Of a stretch of DNA of 64,000 bases, positions 31,057-41,028 are shown piece after piece (position 1 is the first letter of the stretch; the number at the start of each line of letters is the position of its first letter). A program made the translations under genes and the position numbers. This stretch comes from Myxococcota bacterium (GTDB lineage: Bacteria > Myxococcota_A > UBA9160 > UBA6930): assembly GCA_965223705.1 (NCBI GenBank), contig OZ245015.1, forward strand, positions 4,448,001-4,512,000, in the 5' to 3' direction. The notes beneath the pieces were generated by a model, which saw only the letters and a list, made by a program, of their open reading frames with translations, searched no databases and was not told where the DNA came from.

Positions 31057-31089
31057 TCAAGCGTTTCTCGAACCGATGGGCGCGGTGCG

Positions 31090-31656
31090 CTACGGCGCGC
31101 CGCGCCCTGCTCGGTTTTCAAGGCCACGCTCGAGAGCGGAGACGAGCTGCGCCGGATCCCGGTAATCGTAGAAATACCGAAAGCGCGAGGGTGCGGCGGC
31201 GACGTCTTGAATTTCGCCGCTCGACGTGAGGAGCAGAGTGCGCGGCAGGTAGTCTCCATCGGGCGCGAGCAACCGACTCGTGGCGGGTTCTCGATCCTGA
31301 TTCACGCGAACCATCACGTACGACTCCGTTTTCTCTAAGACGGACGCCTCGTAAAAATTGCGACCGTACTGCTTGCAGTGGTGACACCAGTCGGCGTACA
31401 CGACAGCCAAGATGGGCTTTCCCTCTGCCGCCGCGACCTCGAGCCCTGCGTCATAGCGCAGCCACTCGACGCTGTCGTCGTTCCAATCGAGCTTGGTCGG
31501 GAGGGCGTGCCGCGCGTCGCGTGGTTTCTCTTCGCGAGGCGCGGCGGCGGTCGTTTTCGGCTTCTCGATCGGAAGCGATGGCTCGGGGGCCGGCTCGCTA
31601 CAACCGAGCAGCAGCGCCGTGGCGCCGATCAAGCCCCATCGATAGGCGCGTTCCAA
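31090..31656 (-). CDS. Thioredoxin-family lipoprotein
   Basis: Lipobox LLGC; YADWCHHC; YLPR cis-Pro loop. Confidence 0.82.
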   Translation of the reverse strand: MERAYRWGLIGATALLLGCSEPAPEPSLPIEKPKTTAAAPREEKPRDARHALPTKLDWNDDSVEWLRYDAGLEVAAAEGKPILAVVYADWCHHCKQYGRNFYEASVLEKTESYVMVRVNQDREPATSRLLAPDGDYLPRTLLLTSSGEIQDVAAAPSRFRYFYDYRDPAQLVSALERGLENRAGRGAP

Positions 31657-31704
31657 CCGATCTGCCCTCCCCCGCTTCCGAGGGCAATCTCGCTCCGGAG
31701 ACGC

Positions 31705-32877
31705 TCAGGGAAGCCCCGGCGTGAGCAACGATCCGATCCGTCGGAGCGTGCCCCGCTGCCCGCTTTTCGCGATCGCTTTACGATACGCGTTGATGAGCCT
31801 AGCGGTTTCAGCCGGCCAGCTGGAACGCAGTGCGGTTTTGCGCGCCTGGCGCGCGAAATGCTCCCGCATCGTCTCGCGGTCGAGGACTTCGCGAACGCCC
31901 GCAATAGCACCGTCCAGATGCTCGGGATCGAACAGCATCCCGTTTTCCCCATGAGCGACGATATCGGGCAGCCCACCCGAGTCTGCAGCGACCACGGGTA
32001 ACCCGGAAGCCATCGCTTCGAGCGCGACAAAACCCAGTGTCTCGGTCGTCGATGGCATGAAGAACACGTCGGCGCTGGCATAGGCTGCTGCGAGTTCTTC
32101 TCCGCGCAAGAAGCCCATGAACGTCGTCCGTTGCGGATTCAGGGTTTGCTCGAGCGGTTCGCGGTCCGGGCCGTCTCCGACGAGAGCGAGCCTTGCGTCC
32201 GGAAGTGCCCGCATCACACGCCGCAGACAAGCGAGATTCTTCTCCGGCGCCAAGCGCCCGACGTAGAGAATCACGGGGCCGTCGGGGCGTCCCCCGGCGA
32301 GTCGTTCGCGCATGGCGAGCGACCGCCGCGACGGATGGAATCGCTCGGTGTCGACGCCGCCGCGCCAAATTTCGACGCTCGCGAAGCCGTGCTCCTGCAG
32401 CTCCGTCCGGGTCTGCCGCGACGGCGTCAGGTTGAGATCCGCGGCGTTGTGAATCGAACGGAGAACCGGCCACAGCGCCGGTGACACCGCGCCCCAACCG
32501 TACCGGCGCAGATAACCCGGGAAGTCCGTGTGATACGACGCGATGGTCGGCAACCCGAGCAGCTTGGCCGAGAGCAACCCCCAGATTCCGAGACAGGCCG
32601 GACCCACCAGGTGAACGACGTTCGGCTCGAACTGGCGCATGGCCCAGACGATTCGCGGATCCGGTGCGCTCATGCGCACGCCGGGATACATCGGAAACGG
32701 TGCGCCCGGCACGCGCACGACTTTAGCGCCGCACACTTCCGGATCGGCATCCTCTGGACCGAACAGCAAGACTTCGTGACCGAAGTGCTCTTGCAGACAA
32801 GAAATGGTGTGTCGGAGTCGATTCGTAATCCCGTCGATTTTCGGCGGCGTAACTTCTGAGACGATCGCAATCTTCAT
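31705..32877 (-). CDS. GT4 glycosyltransferase (SqdX/MgtA-like)
   Basis: MKIAIVSE..DG, SYHT, GVDTERF, YVGRLAPEKN, ETLGFVALEAMASG. Confidence 0.9.
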   Translation of the reverse strand: MKIAIVSEVTPPKIDGITNRLRHTISCLQEHFGHEVLLFGPEDADPEVCGAKVVRVPGAPFPMYPGVRMSAPDPRIVWAMRQFEPNVVHLVGPACLGIWGLLSAKLLGLPTIASYHTDFPGYLRRYGWGAVSPALWPVLRSIHNAADLNLTPSRQTRTELQEHGFASVEIWRGGVDTERFHPSRRSLAMRERLAGGRPDGPVILYVGRLAPEKNLACLRRVMRALPDARLALVGDGPDREPLEQTLNPQRTTFMGFLRGEELAAAYASADVFFMPSTTETLGFVALEAMASGLPVVAADSGGLPDIVAHGENGMLFDPEHLDGAIAGVREVLDRETMREHFARQARKTALRSSWPAETARLINAYRKAIAKSGQRGTLRRIGSLLTPGLP

Positions 32878-33018
32878 AGGCAACTCCCGATAGTGTCGAG
32901 GGCCGGACCGCATGGGGACGCGCAGACCCTAGGTACCGATCGGTGAAACGCGGTGACTCGCCCGGGACAAGGAAGCGAAGAAGACGTGACGAAACGGCGT
33001 CGGAAGGAACGGACGCGT

Positions 33019-33786
33019 CTAGAACCGGCTCGCCCGGCTCCAGCCGATGGTCTGGAGCTTTCGGTACAGGTTCGGAGCGAAGGCGAATACCAACTTGAGT
33101 GCCCGAAACGACAGGGGCTCATCGAACGTCCCAACCCAATCGTCGCCTTCCGCCCAGGTCGCGATGCGCTGCGCTACGTCCGTAGCCGCGGTTGCGTTAT
33201 CGCAGCGCTTCTTGCGGATCTTGCGTCCCCGCTCGTTCAGTCGCAGCGCGGGCGCCCACGCCAAGGGACCTCGAATTGCACCGGGGCGATAGAGGCGGAG
33301 ACGCAGGGTCGGGTTCGCGCTTTGCGCGATCGGACTCACGCCCGTGACGAAATGATGCATCGCGATTTTCGAGGCGTGGTACAGCGGACCAAAACAGGAG
33401 GGAGAACCGTCGGCGATCGATCCGATGACGATGATGTCGAGACCGTCTTTCCACTGTCGTTCCGCGGCTTCGATGCACACCGTGGCCGGAAAGACGTAGT
33501 TGATGTTTTGTAGCTCTGACAATGCGTCAACGGTCGGCATACCGCCGGCCCCGACCTCGCGCTCGATTTGCCCGGCGTTCAGATAGACAAGGTTCGGCTC
33601 GAGATCGAGCAAGGCCCGTGCGTCGGCTCGAGTCTCCTGGGTGTTCGCAGACGTGCTGTGACACTCGGGCGCGTCGGGGAGTACGTCGCGGCTCACTCCG
33701 ACAACCTCCCACCCTCGGGACCGGTACTGCGCTGCCAACGCGCGGCCAAGGGTTCCCGTCACGCCGGTGATCACGACCCGTTTCAC
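33019..33786 (-). CDS. SDR family oxidoreductase
   Basis: VVITGVTGTLG, LNAG, YHASK; GTG overlaps the GMC stop. Confidence 0.82.
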   Translation of the reverse strand: MKRVVITGVTGTLGRALAAQYRSRGWEVVGVSRDVLPDAPECHSTSANTQETRADARALLDLEPNLVYLNAGQIEREVGAGGMPTVDALSELQNINYVFPATVCIEAAERQWKDGLDIIVIGSIADGSPSCFGPLYHASKIAMHHFVTGVSPIAQSANPTLRLRLYRPGAIRGPLAWAPALRLNERGRKIRKKRCDNATAATDVAQRIATWAEGDDWVGTFDEPLSFRALKLVFAFAPNLYRKLQTIGWSRASRF

Positions 33787-35213
33787 GCGGCCTCCGACAC
33801 GATGGCGTCGGCGACGCGCAACGCGTTCGCGGCGATGGTCAGGGCGGGCCCTACGCCCAGCGAAGTCGGCATGAAACTCCCATCGGCAACCCAGACGTTC
33901 TCCGTACCGTGCACCCGGCAGTCGGGTCCGAGAACTGCCACCTGCGGATCCCGCCCGAACCGGCACGTCCCGACTTGATGTGCGAGATGGCGGTGCGACC
34001 GGTGCGCGGTCCACCGGAAACGGAGACTTCCAGCACCTCGAAAACTACCGGCGAGAAGCCTCCGCGCGATCCGGGCACGGGCGAGATCGTACCGGTGAAA
34101 ACGACGACGAAGCGTCACACTCCCTCGGACGAGCGACACACGGTTAAGACGCGACGGCAAATCTTCGATCGACAGTGCGACAAGGGCCGAGCGCTTCGCA
34201 AGCCCGCGCAGCGCCTTCGGGAGCGCTTCCTCGGGTACTGGGATCTGTTGGGCGTAGCCCAGCTTGTGGCCTTCGGGCGAGACATAGTGGTCCGAGAAAC
34301 CGATCTGTTTCGCGAACCGCTCGGCGCCCCCCGTGGGCCTCGCGAATACAATCGCTGCGAGCACCCCGAGATGGCACATATGGAAGCGTCCGAGCGCCGG
34401 GTGATCCGCGGCCAGCTCCGACGACTCGAGGAGGGTCGGCGTCCCCAAAGCGCCCGCTGCCAAAACGACGTGACGACACGTGACGCGCTCGAGCGAGTTC
34501 TTGTGCACGACCTCCACGGCGCGAGCGATGCCGCGAACGTGATCGATTCTTCGAACGTCCGCGCCTCTCCACAGGTCGGGAGCAACCGCGTCCTTTGCGG
34601 CGACGAGACTCGTCGCACGCGCCCCGGTCGGACAGGTGCGACCGGGACACGCGGGGCACTGAGCACAGCGCTCCCAGTCGATGGCCAAGGGGAGTCGCCG
34701 CGACCTGACCCCGTTTCGATCGAGGATCGATGCGAGAGTTCGCGCCAAAGGCTCGAGCCCGGGGAGCACCGCTGGGTACGCTTCGTTCCGCCGACCCAGA
34801 AAAGGCCACGGTTCGCGGTGCTCGCCGGACACGCGAAACAGTCGTTCCGCGCGGTCGTAATACGGTTCGAGGGCCTCGTAGTCGATCGGCCAATCCCACA
34901 ACGATTTCGGAAGCCAGCGTGAGTAGAAGCGGCCCGGCGAAAAATCGAGAGGCGATGGGCGAAGCATCACGCCTCCGTAGAAAGCGGTGCTTCCGCCCGG
35001 CCCGGCACCGACCAGCGGGGCCGCACGCCGTCCGTTGAGTCGGATGGTCGGTGCGACGGCTTTCTCGAGAAGTCCCGGTGCGCGGGCCTCCTGCACGTCG
35101 CCCCGCTCGAGCGCGAGAACGCGCAGCCCGCGGCGGGCGAGTTCTCCCGCGAGCACACCGCCGCCCGCTCCCGCACCCACCACGACAACGTCGAAGTCCG
35201 GCGCGTCAGACAA
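33783..35213 (-). CDS. GMC family flavin oxidoreductase
   Basis: DVVVVGAGAGG, GGST, CAQCPAC..C, LAAGALGTP, HQVGTCRFG, VADGSFMP..PALTIAANALR; TTG start assumed. Confidence 0.88.
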   Translation of the reverse strand: MSDAPDFDVVVVGAGAGGGVLAGELARRGLRVLALERGDVQEARAPGLLEKAVAPTIRLNGRRAAPLVGAGPGGSTAFYGGVMLRPSPLDFSPGRFYSRWLPKSLWDWPIDYEALEPYYDRAERLFRVSGEHREPWPFLGRRNEAYPAVLPGLEPLARTLASILDRNGVRSRRLPLAIDWERCAQCPACPGRTCPTGARATSLVAAKDAVAPDLWRGADVRRIDHVRGIARAVEVVHKNSLERVTCRHVVLAAGALGTPTLLESSELAADHPALGRFHMCHLGVLAAIVFARPTGGAERFAKQIGFSDHYVSPEGHKLGYAQQIPVPEEALPKALRGLAKRSALVALSIEDLPSRLNRVSLVRGSVTLRRRFHRYDLARARIARRLLAGSFRGAGSLRFRWTAHRSHRHLAHQVGTCRFGRDPQVAVLGPDCRVHGTENVWVADGSFMPTSLGVGPALTIAANALRVADAIVSEAA

Positions 35214-35871
35214 GAAGGCACGAAACGACGAGTGCGAAGGTCGCCGCGTTTCCGATGATGACGAGCACGTGAAAGAGCTCGTGGTAGGAGAAAAAGGGAG
35301 GCCATAGCACGGGTCGACGGATTGCGAACAGAAACGCGCCAACGCCCGATGCTGCCGCCGCGAGGAAGGCCAACGACACTTCGGCGGCGGGAAATCGGTG
35401 GACGATTGCCGGGAGCGTCAGCAAGCCGAGTGCGGCGATCACCGAGTAGGCCGGAATTCCAGCCCGAGCGCAGACCCGCCGCGCGAGGAGTTTTCTCGCG
35501 ACACCCAGGGCGGCCACGGTTGCGATCGAAAGGACCAACCAGCCGTCCGCCGCATACCCGCCGAGTTCCGCCAGTGCGCAGGCCGTCGCGGCGATGTGCA
35601 GATAGATGGTCACGTGATCCGCCCGCTGCAGCGCGCGCTTCCAAAACGGAGCCCAAGGCAGGGAGTGGTACGTCGCGCTCACGAAGAACAACGCGCAAAG
35701 CGTCAGACCGTAGAGATGAATGGCCAGCGCGCCCTGCGCGGCGTTCGTCCAAACGACGGTGGCTGCGGGAACGGCCAGGCCGAAACCCACGAGGTCGATC
35801 AGGCCCCGCGCCGGGCTACAGAACGGCCCGATGCGGAACCCGGCGGGTCCTCCCGACAGAGCGCGGTCCAT
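35206..35871 (-). CDS. Hemolysin III / PAQR family membrane protein
   Basis: SATYH, DHVTIYL, YHELFHVLV; about 7 TM segments. Confidence 0.85.
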   Translation of the reverse strand: MDRALSGGPAGFRIGPFCSPARGLIDLVGFGLAVPAATVVWTNAAQGALAIHLYGLTLCALFFVSATYHSLPWAPFWKRALQRADHVTIYLHIAATACALAELGGYAADGWLVLSIATVAALGVARKLLARRVCARAGIPAYSVIAALGLLTLPAIVHRFPAAEVSLAFLAAAASGVGAFLFAIRRPVLWPPFFSYHELFHVLVIIGNAATFALVVSCLLV

Positions 35872-35948
35872 GCGCGCAACATCGGATCCTTCGGTGAAGC
35901 ACCGGTGACAGCAGTTCTACGTTTTGGCCGCACCTGGCGGTCAGCGGG

Positions 35949-36407
35949 CTACGCCGCGGATTTTTTCGCCGCGTCGTGGGCTTGCTGGACCCGGCGGAGC
36001 TCCTCCCAGCCCAGATAGCTCGTGAACCCCTCGTCATCGAAGAAGAGCACGGGGCCGTCGCACAAGAAGATGTACTCGGTGTCTTCGAGAGCCGTGGTCG
36101 CGCCGTGAATCATGCCGTTGCGCTCGTAGACGTAGTCGCCCGCCTCGAGAATCCCGTCGCGAACCTGCAGCTTGCCCTTGATCACGAACGTATGCGCCGC
36201 GCTCAAGTGCTTGTGCTGCGGAGCGACGAAGCCCTTCAGCCAGCGAAACAGCACCGCCCAGCGCCCACTCTCGGGACACGTAAAGAGGATCTTCATGAAG
36301 CCGCGATCGGGGTCCGGCTGCTGGGGAATCCAGTCCATGTCGCCGGTCTTCATCAGCGTGTCCATGAGCTCGGGATTGATCGGAGCGATTTCTTGCGGAA
36401 GGGCCAT
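35949..36407 (-). CDS. Cupin (ChrR-like / dihydroxyacetophenone dioxygenase-like)
   Basis: HKH..G..GDYVYE..H cupin motifs. Confidence 0.8.
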   Translation of the reverse strand: MALPQEIAPINPELMDTLMKTGDMDWIPQQPDPDRGFMKILFTCPESGRWAVLFRWLKGFVAPQHKHLSAAHTFVIKGKLQVRDGILEAGDYVYERNGMIHGATTALEDTEYIFLCDGPVLFFDDEGFTSYLGWEELRRVQQAHDAAKKSAA

Positions 36408-36430
36408 CGGGTTCTCCTATGGGTTGCTGG

Positions 36431-36736
36431 TTAGCCGAGCAGTTTGTCGACCTGGCTCACGTCGTAGCGGTTGACTTTGATTTCCTTGACGTCGAATCCG
36501 CCCATCGCTTGTTGAAACGTCGCCATGTGGGGGGCTTTGAAATGAGCGTCGAGGGCCGCCTGGGATTCCCATTCTTCGAAGATGTGGAACAGCCCGGGCT
36601 CCCCGAGATCCCTCGAGAACGTGTAGGAAATACAACCGGCTTCCTGCCGCGTCGCCTCCATCACGGTCTGCGCCGCCGCGACTGCGGCGTCGACTTTGTC
36701 GGGGTTCATCCTGACGTAACCGGCAACTACGAGCAT
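36431..36736 (-). CDS. ABM family (putative quinol) monooxygenase
   Basis: TRQEAGCISY, FEEWES..LDAHFKAPH. Confidence 0.9.
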   Translation of the reverse strand: MLVVAGYVRMNPDKVDAAVAAAQTVMEATRQEAGCISYTFSRDLGEPGLFHIFEEWESQAALDAHFKAPHMATFQQAMGGFDVKEIKVNRYDVSQVDKLLG

Positions 36737-36890
36737 GGGGCCTCCATGGGAAAAGCCTAGCGCGTGCACGCGAAAGCCCGGACGAAGGGGTCGGGAGAAA
36801 ACGCCAAAGTCTCTGAAAACACTCGCAAATTCTCGAGCGGCGCAAGCTGCTGTCCGATGCGGTGGAGATCTCAGGAAGCGAGGTCTCCCC

Positions 36891-38090
36891 GTGGAAAAAA
36901 AGAACGGCCCGATTCATATTCTTCGCGAATTCTCGATCCCGCTCATCGCCGGAGTCGCCTGCGCTGTCGGGTTCGCAAACCTCGCGCCCGAAACCTACGA
37001 ACACTGGCTTCATGCGTCGCCGTTCGGTGCGGGCAGTCACTTCAATTTCCACTTCATCGTGAACGACATCTTCATGGTGTTCTTCTTCGGAATCGCCGCG
37101 AAGGAAATCGCTGAGAGCGTGTTGCCGGGCGGCGATCTCTACCCCATCAAGCGAGCCATCAACCCGATCTTTGGAACGATCGGCGGCGTCCTCGGCCCGA
37201 TCGCCGTCTACCTCGCGTGGGCTTCGTTCGCGGGCGATCCCGCCCTCTCGCGCGGCTGGGCCATTCCGACGGCCACGGACATCGCGCTGGCATGGCTCGT
37301 TGCGCGCATCGCTTTCGGGAGCGGTCATCCGGCTGTGAGCTTTCTGCTGCTCCTGGCGATTGTCGACGACGGAATCGGTCTGGGAATCATCGCGATCTTC
37401 TACCCGGACCCGCATCACCCCGTGGCGCCCGCTTGGCTCGCACTGGCCGGCGCGGGCATGGCTCTGGCCTACGGCTTGCGCAAGCGAGGCGTCGAACGGG
37501 TCCTGGTATACCTCGTTGGGCCGGGACTCTTGTCCTGGTTCGGGTTCTTTTTCGCACATCTGCATCCGGCCCTCGCACTCGTGCCGATCATTCCGTTCTT
37601 GCCGGGCCCGAGAGCGGACGCGGGACTCTATGAAGAAGAGAGCGACGGACGACCGCACCCCGATGCGCTGAATCGCTTTGAGCACAACGCGAAACCGTGG
37701 GTCGACTTCGGCTTGTTCGCGTTCGGCCTCGCGAATGCGGGTGTCGCGTTCTCCGCGGTGGGCGACGCCACGTGGTCGGTTCTGGCCGGTCTCATCCTCG
37801 GCAAGACCTTGGGTATCTTCGGGTTCTCGATGCTCGCCGTGCGACTCGGCTTCCCGCTACCGCCGGGGCTCTCTCCCTCCTCGCTCCTCCTCGTCGGTCT
37901 GACAGCGGGTCTCGGTCTCACCGTCGCGCTCTTTGTCGCGGGCGTTGCGTTTACCGATCCGGCCCTCCAGAGCGGAGCGAAGATGGGCGCGTTGCTTTCG
38001 GGACTGGTCGCGCCGGTCGTGATCGGCCTGGCGAAATTCGGCCGTATGGTCGACCGGGGCGTCGCCGAGGGAGCCCGCTCGAAAGCCTGA
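36891..38090 (+). CDS. nhaA: Na+/H+ antiporter NhaA family
   Basis: VNDIFMVFFF, GWAIPTATDIA, LAIVDD, FGLANAGV, GKTLGI, GLTVALF. Confidence 0.9.
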   Translation: MEKKNGPIHILREFSIPLIAGVACAVGFANLAPETYEHWLHASPFGAGSHFNFHFIVNDIFMVFFFGIAAKEIAESVLPGGDLYPIKRAINPIFGTIGGVLGPIAVYLAWASFAGDPALSRGWAIPTATDIALAWLVARIAFGSGHPAVSFLLLLAIVDDGIGLGIIAIFYPDPHHPVAPAWLALAGAGMALAYGLRKRGVERVLVYLVGPGLLSWFGFFFAHLHPALALVPIIPFLPGPRADAGLYEEESDGRPHPDALNRFEHNAKPWVDFGLFAFGLANAGVAFSAVGDATWSVLAGLILGKTLGIFGFSMLAVRLGFPLPPGLSPSSLLLVGLTAGLGLTVALFVAGVAFTDPALQSGAKMGALLSGLVAPVVIGLAKFGRMVDRGVAEGARSKA

Positions 38091-38133
38091 CGCACGTCGG
38101 GCACACTCGGGAGATGAAGCCCGCACGACTCCG

Positions 38134-39294
38134 GTGGTGAGCGTGCTTCCGACGGAAGCACAGCGAGCCTTTCAGTCCGCGGCGCGGCGGTTCGCCACGG
38201 AGAAGATCGTGCCGCACGTCGGCGCGTGGGAGCGCGATGGGACCGGCGCTCCCGAGGCGCTCCTCCGGGAGATGGGGACGGTCGGATTCTTCGGGATGTT
38301 GATTCCGGAGGCGTTCGGAGGCGCAGGGCTCGATTTCGTGTCCTACGCCTTGGCGACCGAGGAGCTGGCGGCGGCCGATTGCGGTTTGTGCAATCTGGTG
38401 AACGTCTCGAACTCCCCCGTCGCTGCGGCACTGCGCGACTACGGCACCCCTTCTCAGCGCGAGCGTTGGCTTCCGCTTCTGGCGGCCGGAGACCTCCGCG
38501 GCTGTTTCCTCCTCACGGAAGCCGCGGCGGGCTCCGACGCGGCGGCCATCGAGACGACCGCTTCTCGCGAGGGCGACCGCTTTGAGATCACCGGTGCGAA
38601 GCACTTCGTGACCGCAGGTGTGAGTGGCCACTTGGCGCTCGTGGTGGCGCGAGCGCCGGGGAGCCGCGGAAAAGACGGGATCTCGACGTTTCTCGTGCCG
38701 ACCGAGTCCCCCGGCTACCGCGTGGTGCGGATCGAAGACAAACTCGGCCATCGAAACTGCGACACTGCACAGATCGCGCTCGACGGCGTCGTCGTGGACA
38801 CAGAACATCGCCTCGGTCCTGAAGGTGCCGGCTACAAGATCGCGCTCGCGTACTTGAACGGCGGTCGTATCGGGGTCGCCGCCCAGGGTGTGGGTGTCGC
38901 CCGCGCCGCGCTCGAATGCGCACTCGCCTATGCACAGGAGCGCAAGACCTTCGGGAAACCGATCTTCGAACACCAAGCGGTGGCGTTTCAGCTCGCGGAA
39001 ATGGCGACCCAAGTGAGCGCTGCCCGCGCCCTCACCCTGCAAGCGGCCGCTCTCGAGGATGCCGGCCAGCCGGCGGTCGCGGAAGCCTCGATGGCGAAGC
39101 AGTTCGCCTCGCGCACAGCCGAGTTCGTCGCTTCCGAGGCGATTCAAATTTTGGGGGGCTACGGATACCTCCGCGATTTTCCGGTTGAGAAGTACTATCG
39201 CGATGCCCGCGTTTTGCGCATTTACGAGGGCACGAACGAGATCCAGAAGTTGGTCATCGCGCGGCAGCTCGCCGCCGGATGGTCGGCGGGTTGA
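38134..39294 (+). CDS. Acyl-CoA dehydrogenase
   Basis: LTEAAAGSD, GAKHFVT, GRIGVAAQ, LGGYGY, IYEGTNEIQ. Confidence 0.94.
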   Translation: MVSVLPTEAQRAFQSAARRFATEKIVPHVGAWERDGTGAPEALLREMGTVGFFGMLIPEAFGGAGLDFVSYALATEELAAADCGLCNLVNVSNSPVAAALRDYGTPSQRERWLPLLAAGDLRGCFLLTEAAAGSDAAAIETTASREGDRFEITGAKHFVTAGVSGHLALVVARAPGSRGKDGISTFLVPTESPGYRVVRIEDKLGHRNCDTAQIALDGVVVDTEHRLGPEGAGYKIALAYLNGGRIGVAAQGVGVARAALECALAYAQERKTFGKPIFEHQAVAFQLAEMATQVSAARALTLQAAALEDAGQPAVAEASMAKQFASRTAEFVASEAIQILGGYGYLRDFPVEKYYRDARVLRIYEGTNEIQKLVIARQLAAGWSAG

Positions 39295-39309
39295 GACACG
39301 AGGAACTCT

Positions 39310-40074
39310 ATGAACGATCGAGCCGAATTGGTAACGAGCCTGCGCGACTCGCGTCGCGCGGGCGGCGCCCCGAAGATGGACGGACCGGCCCTAGCGAGCG
39401 TCGACGACGCACTCGCGCTTCAACTCGACGTCCTCGATGCACTGCTCGCGTCGGGCGAAACCTTGGCCGGCTGGAAAGTCGGGCTGACCTCGGAGCGGGT
39501 GCGCAAACAACTCGGTCGCGAAGATCGACCGTTCGGCTACCTGCTCGGGTCGGGGGTTCATGACTCGGGAGCGGAAGTCCGCCTCGGGAGCGTCGTTCCC
39601 CAGGCCGGCGTCGAACCGGAGCTCTGTTTCGAGATCGGGGAAACCCTTCCCGCATCGGACGTCACCCCCGAGCAAGCCCGTGCTGCGGTCGCGAAGATCA
39701 GCGCGGGTATGGAGATCAACGCGTTTCGCACCGACGGCGCGTCCTTCGAGTGGCTCGTCGCCGATGATCTCGCGCAGTGGGGCATCGTGGTGGGATCCGG
39801 TATCGCTCCCTCGAGCGGTTTCGCTTCGGAAGACGTCGGCGCCGTCATGACCTGCGACGGTCGGGAAGAAGCGAACGTCGCCGGCCCCGATGTTATCGAC
39901 GACCACTTCCTGTCCCTCGCAATCCTCGCGAACACCCTGGGGCGATTCGGACGACGGCTCGAAGCGGGACAACGCGTCATCACCGGTTCTTTCAGTGCGC
40001 ACCGGGTGAAGGCGCCCGGTCACTGGCACGCCGTGTTCTCCGGCGTCGGCGAAGTATCGATCCGCTTCATTTAG
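39310..40074 (+). CDS. 2-keto-4-pentenoate hydratase-like (MhpD/HpaH family)
   Basis: GWKVGLTS, VEPEL, VADD, GQRVITGS. Confidence 0.82.
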   Translation: MNDRAELVTSLRDSRRAGGAPKMDGPALASVDDALALQLDVLDALLASGETLAGWKVGLTSERVRKQLGREDRPFGYLLGSGVHDSGAEVRLGSVVPQAGVEPELCFEIGETLPASDVTPEQARAAVAKISAGMEINAFRTDGASFEWLVADDLAQWGIVVGSGIAPSSGFASEDVGAVMTCDGREEANVAGPDVIDDHFLSLAILANTLGRFGRRLEAGQRVITGSFSAHRVKAPGHWHAVFSGVGEVSIRFI

Positions 40075-40096
40075 GCGACCGAGTTACAATGGCTGC

Positions 40097-41017
40097 ATGA
40101 AGATCGCAGTCGTCGGCGTCGGTGCGATGGGATCGGTCTACGCAGCCCTCCTCGCCGAAGCGGGGCACGAGGTATGGGCGGTCGACGTCTGGTCCGAGCA
40201 CGTCGACGCCATCCGGAGCGAAGGTCTACGCCTCGAAGGCGCCAGTGGCGACCGGCGCGTCCCGCTTGCGGCGACGACGGATCCCGCGGAGGCCGGCCCC
40301 TGCGACTTGATCATCCTGGCGACCAAGGCCGGCGGCGTAGCGGCCGCGGCTCGCTCACTGGGTCCGCTCCTCGGACCCGACACGCCGATCTTGACGATTC
40401 AAAACGGCCTCGGAGCCGCCGAGCGACTCGAGCAGCACGTTCCACCCGAACGCATCTTGATCGGCGTCGCGGGCGGGTTTGCCGCATCGATGCGCGGCCC
40501 GGGGCACGCGCATCACCACGGGATGGAGCTCGTTCGGCTCGGCGAACGCGCCGGCGGTATGACGGCGCGCCTGGAGCACGTCAGGGAACTCTGGGAGAAG
40601 GCCGGGTTCCGGGTCAAAGCGTACGAAGACATCGATCAGCTCGTCTGGGAGAAATTCATCGTGAACGTGACGTTCAACGGGCCGTGCACCGCGTTCCTGC
40701 GCAGCGCGAAGGAAGTGGTTGCCGATCCCGTCACGTGGCAAGTCGCGATGGGTTGCGGTCGCGAGGCGTTTCTCGCCGGACGCGCGAAGGGCGTGCACTT
40801 TTCCTTCGACGATCCCGAGGACTACATCCAGCGCTTTCGCGAGCGCGTCCCCGACGCCAGACCTTCGATGCTTCAGGATCACGAAGCCGGTCGCCGCTCT
40901 GAAATCGATGCGATCAACGGCATGGTTCCCATCGTCGCCCGCGAGGTCGGTACCGAGGCGCCTTACAACGAAGTCATCACCGCTGTCGTCAAGGCCCGCG
41001 AAGCGACGTTCTCCTAG
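40097..41017 (+). CDS. Ketopantoate reductase (PanE/ApbA) family
   Basis: VGVGAMGS, QNGLG, WEK..N, SMLQD..EIDAING. Confidence 0.9.
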   Translation: MKIAVVGVGAMGSVYAALLAEAGHEVWAVDVWSEHVDAIRSEGLRLEGASGDRRVPLAATTDPAEAGPCDLIILATKAGGVAAAARSLGPLLGPDTPILTIQNGLGAAERLEQHVPPERILIGVAGGFAASMRGPGHAHHHGMELVRLGERAGGMTARLEHVRELWEKAGFRVKAYEDIDQLVWEKFIVNVTFNGPCTAFLRSAKEVVADPVTWQVAMGCGREAFLAGRAKGVHFSFDDPEDYIQRFRERVPDARPSMLQDHEAGRRSEIDAINGMVPIVAREVGTEAPYNEVITAVVKAREATFS

Positions 41018-41028
41018 GAGGAAGTGAG

